Source: Octopus sinensis (taxonomy: Eukaryota). From it: a stretch of 64,000 nucleotides of DNA. The translations under genes and the position numbers were made by a program. The stretch is taken from NCBI RefSeq assembly GCF_006345805.1, contig NC_042999.1, positions 108,934,001-108,998,000 on the forward strand. Direction: 5' to 3'. Positions 34,926 to 46,650 of this stretch are shown here, one piece after another (positions within the stretch are counted from its first letter, which is position 1; each line of letters opens with the position of its first letter). The notes under the pieces are model-generated. The model was not told the origin of the DNA. It made no database searches and saw only the letters and a list, made by a program, of their open reading frames with translations.

Positions 34926-37900
34926 TGGCTGATGACACAGCGATGTTGAAACACTGGTGTTTAGAGTCCCCTTATCCTAATTGCCTTAAAGGATAAGTTG
35001 TCCTCCTTGACAAAACACAACACATTCACATTTGAATCTGCTGGAACATATTAATAGTAAAAATGCCAGTCATTGTTGTGGTGAGATATCAAACTGTACA
35101 TCATAAAGTAATGAGTGGTTCTGTGTTATTTGCAGCAACTACTCAGTTTGCAAAGATTGCTTATGATAAAACACAAAGCCAGTTTTTAGATGTCTTATGT
35201 AATTTGTCAATTTGTATAGTGTGGTGAATTTTGCAGTAAGAATTCAACTAGATACTTTTACTTTATGGTATCTTGTTGACATAATAACTCTTTGGAGTTA
35301 AATTTATCTTGTGATCAATTTCAATTTTCAACTTTCTAAAATCAGTATACATTTAATTATAGGAAATAAAAGTTGTATGCTTAGAATAACATTTCAGTAT
35401 AATTATTATGATAAAAGTAACAATATGATAGTAATCACTATAACCATACTGTCATATCTTTATTTGACTAACTCTCCTAGAAATAGTTTTGATGTTATAT
35501 AAATATGTTTGTCAAATTTTGAAAGTTATTTTAAGCAATAATTATGCATTTTGCTGACATATTTATGTGTAAATTCTGATTTTGTTGTTTTCCTATATAA
35601 ATTGTTTACGACCAGCACTCCACTTTGATGGTGTAAATTTTCCAATGTTGATGATGACGATGTTTCTCACTGACTTCATTTTAGAGTATTTCAAAGAGCC
35701 CTTAAAATCTTTCTCTCTTGTTTCAGTTGTAATGAAAGCTTCTTTAGTGACTGTGGTCATAGTTTCTAGTTGTCTACAATCTTGCTATCTAAATTTCTAG
35801 ATATGTTTAGTTTTAAGTTTTTTTTTATTACCACTGAAAAAAAAAACAGATGCTTGAAATATATAACCTACTTATTTATTTATTCAATATTTCACAAATT
35901 TTCATAAAAAAAAAATAACTGATAAATTTTTAATATGTATTAAAGCATTGTTGAATCTGCAAATAGAAACTGTAGGCAATCAGATTAATTTGCTTAGGAA
36001 AGCTTCTAAATTTAGATAATTTCATATTCTTTAAACTATTTATTACTAATGAATTAAGTATGAAAATATTGCTCGTTGTCAATTGCAAAGAATTTAAATA
36101 GGCCAAAAATACTATAGAAGGGAAATAACTCTGTAAAACAAATTACACTATTATTGCCCTTGAATTGCAAATCTTGTCGTCGTTACGCATTTCTCAGTTT
36201 TATGGTGATAACGAACAAACGGTTTCAGTTCTTTTCTCGTAATAAGTTTCTTAAATTTACGTGTTTATATTTGTACTTACTCGTGATTTATAAATGATAG
36301 ATGTGTTTTTGAGTTGTCATTCATTAAAATATTTCTTGTAATCTTTGAAATGTATTGGAAAATTATGAACTCATTTTGTGTCTTTGTAGTAATTTAATAC
36401 TGCCTACTATAATTTTTTTGTCTTTTTGTGACGCTATAATTATATTTAATAGTTTTATCGTTTATCATTTAGTTTCCAGTTCTGGGGATATATATATATA
36501 TATATATTAAAATTTGGATAAAGTACTTTCTGAAAACTAATAAACTATTATTTTTCTACATATTTTTCAATAAGGAATTTGCTATGAATATTTGAGCACA
36601 TCAGATATTTGGTGCGGTATTGATTTCTAGAGAAGGAAAAATATTTGGTGTGTTATTAAGATTTCAGTTCGTTCATTCACTACTTGTAAGTTGAATGGAA
36701 TTGGAATATCCTAAAATACACCTCAAGAATTTTCTAAAATGTTTTAAATTAGGGGATATCTTGAGATTTGTGAATGAAAGTTGACTAATATTACATGAAC
36801 TTCAACAGTCTGTTTCAATCTTGTAACCGTTATAATTGTTTACTTAAAAATTTATTTATACTTACATTTGAAATTGTCTTTGATTATGATGGTAAAGAGA
36901 AGGGATATGGAAAATGATGAATTGGCTGTAGTATGCTAACACAGTTCTTTCAACCATTCCAACTGTGCATTCATGTCAGCAGTGCAAGCCAGAAAAAGCT
37001 AGTTATTTTAAGTTTAGAATATAGTGTTCTGAATCAATACAAAGAAAGGTTTATTTTAGAATTTTGAAGTTGAATGAATCAGCTTAATAGCTATTGTCAA
37101 TGTTTTTCATATTTTGAACCATATTTTTCAATGTTTATTTTTCCATAATTAGTGCTTACTACTTCTAGGTATAGAATGGAAAATATTTTCACACACTTGG
37201 GTGAAGTATGTAAAAATTAAAGTGCCAAGTGTTGATGCATCTATAAAAATATTTCTACTCTTTTTATAGATTGCAATTGTAGACAGACTAATTTTAAATT
37301 AAGTACTACATTTTAAAGGAAACTAAACAAAAATATCTGTAGATTTTATAATTGTAATTAGAAAAAATCTGTAACGTTTAGTATTTTGGGAGGGTATTGA
37401 ATTAGTGGATTGTTATGTTCAATTTTAAAAGGAATGATAATACATGAAAATGTAGCTTGACAGGATTCGTGGGTTTGGTTGCTTTCCTGTTTTTTTTTTA
37501 ATGCTTTTTTTATGAGTGATTGATTCACCAATTGATGTGCAAGGTTTAATAGCTATTAAGTTAAAAACCCATGACACAATATCTTATGCAAAATATTAAA
37601 TTGTGGAATGTATTATAGACTCAGGAAGCATAAATATAATTCTAAATCTGAAAAAGAAATAAACACCAAATTATCAGAAACTGATAAATAATTATACTTT
37701 CTCAAACCCTGTCTAAAATGAATAGTATTAAAACTATTGGAGCATATTGGTTTTGATATTAAGGTTCTGGGTAAAGTTAGACATTACTTGCTTCAACCTA
37801 TCTGACTGTAAAATGTATTATTACCATTACTTCACAGTTGAGTGCTTAACATTAAGAAACCTCCAGTTATAAGAGCAATAGCTCTATTAATTCATGTACA

Positions 37901-38979
37901 AAAATCTAAATTTGCTGAAACATCCATTTTATCCTTGCTAGAAAATGACAGTCATCTAGATTTGACTCAGTGGGACAATATAAATTAATATCATCTTCTA
38001 AATATTTACTGATGAAATAGAAAAAAAGGAATGTTTTATGGAACAGGAGTTGTAGTCCTTGATGAGAGTCAGAAACTCAAAATGTTTTAGATAATGTTTC
38101 TCAATAATTGTCTCTATTGGATTAGAAAGACAGACAGGAACTATAATGGAATAAGTTTGTGACTATGGAAAAATGTCCAACTTGGGAATAATCTAATATA
38201 TTTGCTTCTCATAAATATAGATTTATGGGGTTGAAAGGATATGAATAAAAGGAAACTAATGTAAAAGTTAGCAAGAGATTTGATGATGTCAGATATTAAG
38301 TACATTTGGTGTCATGGGTAACTACAACACAATTGGCAAAGATCTAACCACTTAAATGATTTAAATGACTTGAATATGTTCAGTATCATGTGCAGTATAC
38401 AAGATTATGGCTGTGGTGTGAATATGGTCATTGAATGTCAATGAACAGTAAGAATAAGGAAACATGAGGTGTGAATGTTTATAAAGAAGTGAGATTAACT
38501 GATGTAAAGATAAATGAAGAAAAATCTTATGAGAATTTAGTTTAAGGAATTGGAACCAAATATTTAGGCATTCAGAGATGTAATGATACATGATCTATGA
38601 AGTGTATAGAGAAAAGAACCTTAGCCATAATAGAAAATGAGTGATTGCTAAAACTATTAATCATCCTGACAACATCTCAAATATAATAAACCATTGAACA
38701 TTTTATCTAGAAAATATGTTTTGAAAAAAATCATGGCAAATATTTATTAACCATTCTGTTTAATTACTCATTTGTAACAATTCTATTTTATCATTGTGCT
38801 CTAAAAAATTCTCTAACACAAATCAGATATTAAATCCATAAGACCTAATTTGTCATTTAATTCATATTTTTCTTATATTGAACCTAGACTAATGAATATT
38901 TGAATATTTCCATTATAATCATTTATTTGAAATAAGATATCCATGGATAATTTTGTAAATATTTGTATTAACAAAATAA

Positions 38980-39125
38980 TAATTTCCAGATTTGGCACAA
39001 GGCCACTAATCTTATAGGATCCATTCCTTAATTGGTACATATATAATTTAGTCTAGAAGAACGATAGGCAAATTTGACTTTTGTGAACTTTTAATTCAGA
39101 ACATGAATGGGTTTATCTAAATACT
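38980..39125 (-). mobile_element. decayed SINE family B
   Basis: Minus strand gttctgaatt..gtcaaatttgcct..ggccttgtgccaaatctggaa. Confidence 0.6.
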
Positions 39126-40182
39126 ACAAATAATTCAAATTGTAATTCAGATTGTAAGCTCTAGCATATTCCAACCATCCTGCCCAGACTAGGATGGTAG
39201 CATGGATCCATAAGTTCTGTTTTTCTTAATTTATCTGACTAATTATGGGCCCCCATCCCCACCCAAATGGAAACATTAAATATTTTGATTATTTATAAAT
39301 TCCGATTCTTTCTCAATAATTTGATAATTTATTTTTTTTAGTTATCTATAATCTATTTTCTGATATGATTATATTATCTAATAAATTTGAGGATTAACTT
39401 CACCTAAGAAGAAAATAAAGTGTTAGAGGCAATCAATAAGTAGCTAAAATTTTAATGTCTATTGATTTTAATATTTGTTCAAAGGTTATGATCAGATGTG
39501 TTTAAATCTTGAGTCTGTGCAGTCTTTATTCATAAATATAGTGTATTATTTTCTTAACCCAATTTTCATTTTTCTTTATATTATTATAAATTTTTTTTTT
39601 TGAAAATTACTGAAATGGATTTTTTCCCTTTCTTTGGATTTTTTCTATTTCTTAATCACTCTCCATGATAACTATCATCACTTCTCTAATCATTGTCATC
39701 TTTTCATTTTTTTTTACTATATTGATAAAATTTCACTCAGATTTCATAAATATATCCAAAATAAATAGTTGTTACCTATTTAATATTTTAGCATTTAGTT
39801 ACAGGTAAAAATGTTACAAGAAGAAAAAATTCAGTGCAAGGAGCAACTGAAATTAATCATTAATAAATGAACCAAATGAAATGAAAGTAAAAAAAAAAAG
39901 TTTTGTCATTGTTTTTCATATTAATAGAATCAAAGTAAAATGGCTAAGTGTATACAGTATTGCACTGCTTGCTCAAATGTTAAATCCACTTCAAACATTA
40001 ACTGGGTATTTGGGCAGTAAACTTAACTCTATGTGGTTTAATTCACCCGATTGTTGTGAGTAGGTACCAGATCTTTTGGGAATGTTACCTGAATCCTTTG
40101 GATGTGGAAGACATTTTACAATTATTTGTGAAATAAAGCAAACCACAAATGAATATATATCTATAATATTACACTAAAATAT

Positions 40183-40411
40183 AAGGTGGTGAGCTGGCAG
40201 AATCATTAGCATGCAGGGCAAAATGCTTAGCAGCATTTCATCTGTCCTTATGTTCTGAGTTCAAATGTCGCTGAGGTCAAGTTTGCCTTTCATCCTTTTG
40301 AGGTTGATAAAATAAGTACCAGTTGAGTACTGGGGTAGGGGGTGTCAATGTAATTGACTTAGCCCCTCCCCCGAAATTGCTGGCCTTGTGCCAAAATTTG
40401 AAATCAATATT
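40183..40411 (+). mobile_element. SINE family B, full length
   Basis: ggtggtgagctggcagaatcattagc head through ggccttgtgccaaaatttgaaatc tail. Confidence 0.9.
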
Positions 40412-41224
40412 GCTATATAATATACATATACAAATTCCAGTTCTTGTGGGGAGGATTGCGAAAAGTATTTAGTGTATATGGAGTAGTGGTCAAAGTTAAG
40501 ATCAGTAGAGATGACTAGGGGTTTGTGATGTACATATTGCTAGTTTAGTTAAGCCATTGTAATAGTGGTAAAAGAGGCAGTCATAGGAAACGATACATTT
40601 GTGAGCCCATAATTTTTATGGATATGTGTGTGGATTTCACTAATCAATCAGAGGGTATGTTTTTAAAATTAAAAAAGTATTTCTCAAACAGACAAATTCC
40701 AAAATATTTTTTAAAAAAAAGTAAAACATTTTGGCACTTTTCTCCATCTTTACTAATGAAAAGACAAAAACCATATTACTATTGAAATATGCTGCCTTTA
40801 TTTCAATTAATTTGAAAATGATAAAGCATTTAATAAAATAACTCTGTAGTCCTTGAACAGGTGTTTGAGATATGAAACTTTCCATCAAAAAAAAAAAAAA
40901 AAATTGATAGAAGATTTTAATTTAGATGAAGTTTGTATCATAGAACCATGGGTAGTCTCAAGCAGGCCAGTATCTGTAGGGTTAAATGAAGTTGGAATCT
41001 ACCTAAATTTTATAAAACATAATGATTTGTTCTCTCTCTTTTCAATCATTACAGCTTCCTCTTCCCTATGAGAAACACTGATCTAGGATGTTAATGTACA
41101 TAGCAGCAGCACAACCTCATATTGTGTATATGTGTAAAACTTCAATTGTGAGTTTTGCTTGAGTTTTGTTTAGCTGCTCATAAGGACTAAAGTGTTTTTT
41201 TCTTGAAGTAGAAATGTATTTTAG

Positions 41225-41533
41225 ATGCAGACAAGAACCACTCCTTGTGCAGGTAAAAGGATGGAAGCTTGCTTGGTATGGTCACGTATTCTGCCACAAC
41301 TCACTGTCTAAAACCATTCTTCAGGGCACAGTTGTTGAGGGTGGCTAAAAGAGATTGATCAGACAGAAAATTCTGATCCCAAAACATCAAGGACTAGACA
41401 GGTCACAACACAGCGAACCTGCTACACATAACAGAGAATAGAGACCAGTGGCAATGGCTAACTATGAAAGCATCTAGAGTGGCACCCTAACAACTGGCTG
41501 CATCAGTTAAGGAATCTTGATGATGATGATGAT
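41225..41533 (+). mobile_element. RTE LINE 3' fragment
   Basis: RQEPLLVQVKGWKLAWYGHV..HNSLSKTILQGTV.., followed by a (GAT)n tail. Confidence 0.85.
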
Positions 41534-41970
41534 ATGCATATGATACTTGAGATATAATCAAAGAAACCCTTATTGTTGCAACTGATGAAGTGCCAGAATC
41601 AGACTTTGTGATGAGTTTTATCTATAGTTATTTTAAAGGTTTAAATTGCATGATGTTCATGTATAGGAAGGATCAGGTATAAAACTATTTCCTTGAAATG
41701 TATAGTAATTATGTCTTGCTGTTGTTGAAGAAGTCTATGTTATTATGCTCCCATTGGAAGATATTTTCTTGATCACTTCCTCTGAATAGATGCCTAAGCT
41801 ATATGTATAAGAATATAGTAATGTACCTGAAGATCTGTTCAAATTGGAGGAATAAGCACGATCCAATAGTTGTACAAAAATGAGAAAGTACCTTGACATC
41901 ATGGGCATTAACTGCTTTTTTCAGAAATGATGACTACAGAAATATGGATATTTAATATTAATGGATGGTA

Positions 41971-42181
41971 AAGTGGTGAGCTATCTGAATTGATAGCATG
42001 TTAGCTTAGTGGTTTTTTTGTCTGCCTTTATGTTCTGAGTTCAAATTTCACTGAAGTCAACTTTGCCTTTCATCCTTTTGGGGTCAATAAAATAAGTACC
42101 AGTTGAACATTGGGGTAGATGTAATTGACTTACCCCTCCCCTAAAATTGCTGGCTTTGTGCTAAGATTTGAAACCAATATT
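41971..42181 (+). mobile_element. SINE family B
   Basis: Homologous to 40183-40411. Confidence 0.88.
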
Positions 42182-43084
42182 AATGGATAGTGCATGGAAA
42201 ATGAAATTGTGAGTTTAGATAGAAACTTAGACCAAAGAAGTTGGTAAACAGTAGTTATATCAGACCTTGCAATTGTAATGGTAGTAATAAGATGCTTGGA
42301 GCAATTTTGAATTATAGACCAAGAGAATCAAGCTAGCTTGGCAAACAGATATTAAAATGATGACATTGATTTATATCTGCTTTATATTTCAGTAATATCT
42401 CAATTATTAAAGCTCGCTTCTCATTGTCAAAAAAGATTTAATTCAGTTGACTGTAGAAAAAGGAGATTCTCTAACATATTAATCATTCTGACACAGAACT
42501 GACATAAAGATCTAGAAGGGCTTTGAGTACATAATGACATATACTTTAGTGCTGGTAACATATTTTTCTTTTCTTTTTACTGAGGAAGACTAAAAATGCA
42601 GTTTGTCCTGTTGCAGTCTCTTTTCTAACACATCTGGTTAAGGGAAAGTATATATTCAGTATAGTTTACTTCCCATCCTGTTATTCTGGGAATTCTATTG
42701 CATTCAAAGTAGCTGTGTAACTGAATATTATGAGAATACCATTGTCTGTAAGAGGTAAAAGAGAAAAGCATGTTTGTGCAAAAGATTATCCTAGATCCAC
42801 CTAAATTCACAGATATTAAACTAAATTTTTCATGGAAATTATATATTTTACATATTTACTTGGAGTCTGTGAACTTTGCAAACTCTCCTAGATTTGTGAA
42901 GTAGATACAGTTGATGTTGTTCAGTATGAACATCTGCAATACATGTTAATACATATAGGGAAGACATGAGTAGAAGTGGGTGTGTGAGAGGAAATGAGGA
43001 GGATACATCAAACAAGCTTGGATGGAGGTGGTATTCATCTATCTTGTTAAAAGGAGAAAAAAAAACCCATCATAATATCAGTAG

Positions 43085-43930
43085 AAGAGGTTGAATGAAC
43101 CAGAATGTGCAGCCAGAGATGCCATTGCCATGCAAACCTTATGCTCCCACCTTTGGAAAAAAAAGCCCTACAAGAAGGATCTGATTATAAGATGTTCATT
43201 TGACGGGGGTGTATTGTGGAGACAACTGACAAGTGAGCAACCAGTGTGTTGCAAACAGTGCCTGTGCATTCCTTTAAAACTCCTTGTGTGACCTATAACA
43301 AGAGAGTTACCTGTAACAAATGTAGATATGAGAAAGCAAAGGTTTATCAAAGTGAGTCATGTCCAGAAAAGGGCAAAAAATGTATAGTTTGTGGGGAAAC
43401 AGGACACTTTGTGAAGATTAAGGTTTGCAATGACAAATGGCCTATCCATGAGATAGCATTCATAAAAGATCATGCTTCAAATGACAGCGACTCAGATTCC
43501 AGCAACTGCGACATAAACAATAATGTTGGTTGTGTACTTGTGAGATCTGTAGCTTCAGATATGATAAGGGACATTGGAATTCTGCAAATCTTTGTCAATG
43601 ACAGGGAGATATTCAAATGAGTCAATTCTGGCTGTAGTAAAACTTTGATTAGCATTAATGAGTTCAAGAGAATGATTTGTGACAGTGAGCTTTCTCCTGA
43701 CCAATGCTAAATTCACACCTTATGGCATAAAGCAACTGCTCCCAATCAAAGGTCGTGCTAATATAACACTAGATTCTGTAGATGGTGTAAAACATGGTTT
43801 ACGGATTTACATCATTGATGATAAAATGGAATCCTTGCTTGGTTGTGAAGATGTTAAGGCACTTATTTTTTTGCTAATTTATCTAGATGGATTGGAAGCC
43901 TCTATAGTCAACTCTAACGCCTCCAGGCTA
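43085..43930 (+). mobile_element. Ty3/gypsy gag-protease relic
   Basis: AARDAIAMQT, zinc knuckles CNKC...SCPEKGKKCIVCGETGHF, decayed aspartic protease VNSGCSKTLIS and ESLLG.ED..AL. Multiple stops and frameshifts. Confidence 0.8.
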
Positions 43931-43954
43931 CTGGGCTCCATAGAAAAAGATACT

Positions 43955-44175
43955 AGTGTTCAGATTACTCTGTCAAATTTAATGATTATTTATTCAGATT
44001 GTTTTGAATTAACCTTGCATTGTCTGATACTTTAAAGATTTCAATGATGTTGTAGTATTTTTTTTTTTACAATGACATTGAAAGGTAAGTTTGAGAGGCT
44101 GGATTTGGCTGGTTTGAACATAAAACAGATAGAACATTTGGGCCAAATATGGTCAATTTAAATGCTAAAGAGTTA
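43955..44175. mobile_element. piggyBac-type MITE, decayed copy
   Basis: Ends ATGCTAAAGAG|TTAA and is the reverse-complement homologue of 57006-57208. Confidence 0.7.
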
Positions 44176-44619
44176 ATCATAAGTGAGTTTTAAGTATTAA
44201 TCCTTTGACTTCTATGTCATTTTTATATTTATGTTTTCTTTATGAATTTCTTGATTTGGAAAGTTATATAATGCCCTATGTCTTGTGGGCTCTCTGTTCT
44301 ATCACAAGTTTATGCTTTGTATTTTGTTTTTCCCAGGCAGCATTTAAATATTTTTCTGACACTGGACACTGTTGGATTGAATAACACTGCTTGGTATTGA
44401 TACCATAATGATTTCCAATAGAGTAACTGATGAAGAAATTCTATTTAGATAAAATTACTGTTATGTATTTTATGTAGTTTGTACATTGCCCATTTTGGTT
44501 TGTTCTTTTGTGTGGTTTTATTGTTTCTGTTGTCTCTGGATTTGGGTCAAAGTTTTAGTTTGCTGGCAGTGTCAGTTTTTTAGAAATTTATTAGGTATTA
44601 GCTTGTAAGATGTATGATG

Positions 44620-45270
44620 ATGATGATGATGATTATGATGATCATCATCGTTTAACATCCATGTTCTATGCTGGCATAGATTGGATGGTTTGACAGAATC
44701 CGATAGGCCCAAGAACTTCATTGTGTTCCAGTTTCTATGATTGGATACCCTTTCTGATGCCAACTTAACAGCATGTACTGAGTGCCATTTTTATGCTATT
44801 AGCACTAGTAGGCTGTCATGCAGTTTGCAAGACTATGGACTCTGAGGAAGATACTTTATGCTTGAAGATGAGGAGTAAAAGTATGAGAGAAGCGGGTAGA
44901 GCAGGATTGGTTTCTTGCTGACTACTCACATTTTGGAAAAGAGATTGATCAAGTGGAGACAGATATGAGGGTGGAGAATAGGAGACGACTAATAGTGCTC
45001 ACCAGCAAAATAATAATGATGAAACGGTAGACAAGTGAAGGAGAAGAGAGGGATGATGTTGGGTAGGTTGCAAGAGTTGGTGGGGAAGAGAGAGACAGGT
45101 GTAGTGCATGAGGCAGTTGAAAGATATATGGTTGTTAGGAGGATAGATGTTGACTCATGGGGTGGTGGTGTTATCAATGAAAATGTGGGTAGAAAGGACA
45201 GTATTAATGGATGAAGTGTGGATAACAAGTGAAATGGTTCTGGGTAATAAGGAAAAGTAAGTACACACAC
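44620..45270 (-). mobile_element. family D element with pyrimidine-rich body
   Basis: (GAT)n tail and RTE 3' UTR at 44620-44830. The body is loosely similar to 20700-21300. Confidence 0.6.
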
Positions 45271-46080
45271 ACACACATTGTTTATAGATTCAATATAGTT
45301 ACAATCAACAAAAAAAAATATTCCATCCAGTGAAAGATAAATATCAGTTTAATACACAACCGAAAGAGCAACTAATAGTTTCATGCTTTTATGATACTTT
45401 AACTAGGCATATCTATAAAATACACATGTATCTCCAAGCAATCTTTCAGGCTTTATTTATACATTATATATATTTTAAAAACAAGGATGCTGGACAGTGA
45501 GAAAAACCACAAAGAAGCTGAACCAGAATTTAGTTTTGCTGAAATGGTTGTGTCTTTACAAGAACTGCATATCATCAGTCATCCTAGTTCTTTGTCATCA
45601 ACTCTGTGAGGTTCAAGGTCCTGAGATCAGTCTCATGTCCTTTTCTTTTCCCTCCTTTGCAACCTCCGTCCCCATAAAGTGATCAGCACTTTTTATACAC
45701 CTTTACTCAACCATACACATCACAAGACCATTCCAATGCAGTCTTCTTTCTTATACACTACAGCTGATTCATTCCTGCTGCACTCAATTTTTCTCTCAGC
45801 ACATTTGTACTGTCTTTCATGCTTACTTACATTGCACATAAATTGGAGTGTGCTTGCTTCATTTCTTTTCAGTCCTCTCAAATCTTCTGCATTCAAGGTC
45901 TAGAAATGTACAATTAATATATAGTTATAAGTACACATACATATGTATTGATATATATTATATAATAAATTTTATATAATGTATATTATTTAATATAATA
46001 TATATTACATAATATTCACATATAAACTCATAGGCACTAAACAAGCTGGAGAAAATGGCACTTGAATACCAAATGTGGTT

Positions 46081-46215
46081 ATAAGTTTGCTTCCCAGCCA
46101 TGTGGTTCCAGGTTTAGTCCCACTATGTGGCACCTTTGGGCAAGTGTCTTCTACTATAACCTCAGGTCAACCAAAACTTTATGAGTTGATTTGGTAGATA
46201 GAAACCGAAAGAAGC

Positions 46216-46256
<41 letters not shown>

Positions 46257-46289
46257 TATATGGTAGAGGGAAACTGAAAGAAGCCCATC

Positions 46290-46342
<53 letters not shown>

Positions 46343-46363
46343 TAGAGGGAAACTGAAAGAAGC

Positions 46364-46417
<54 letters not shown>

Positions 46418-46650
46418 GCTTCTTTCAGTTTCTATCTACCAAATCAACTCATAAAGTTTTGGTTGACCTGAGGCTATAGTAGAAGACACTTGCCCAAAGG
46501 TGCCACATAGTGGGACTAAACCTGGAACCACATGGCTGGGAAGCAAACTTATCCATATGTGTGTAAGTCTTTAATTTGCTCTACTAAAACCCTTTAAGGT
46601 GGTGCCCCAGCTTGGCTATAATCCAAAAACTAAAATAAGTAAAAGAATAA
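46081..46650. repeat. SINE family A copy containing a 142-bp fold-back inverted duplication and three tandem 30-bp units
   Basis: 46081-46222 is the reverse complement of 46411-46552 with two mismatches. The SINE 3' tail resumes at about 46590-46650. Confidence 0.92.

Noticed and set aside
39805-40063. Open frame after ttacag as the CNTD1 last exon
   Set aside because: No resemblance to CNTD1, and it lies beyond the 36-kb CpG island. It is mentioned only as a candidate for a second unit.
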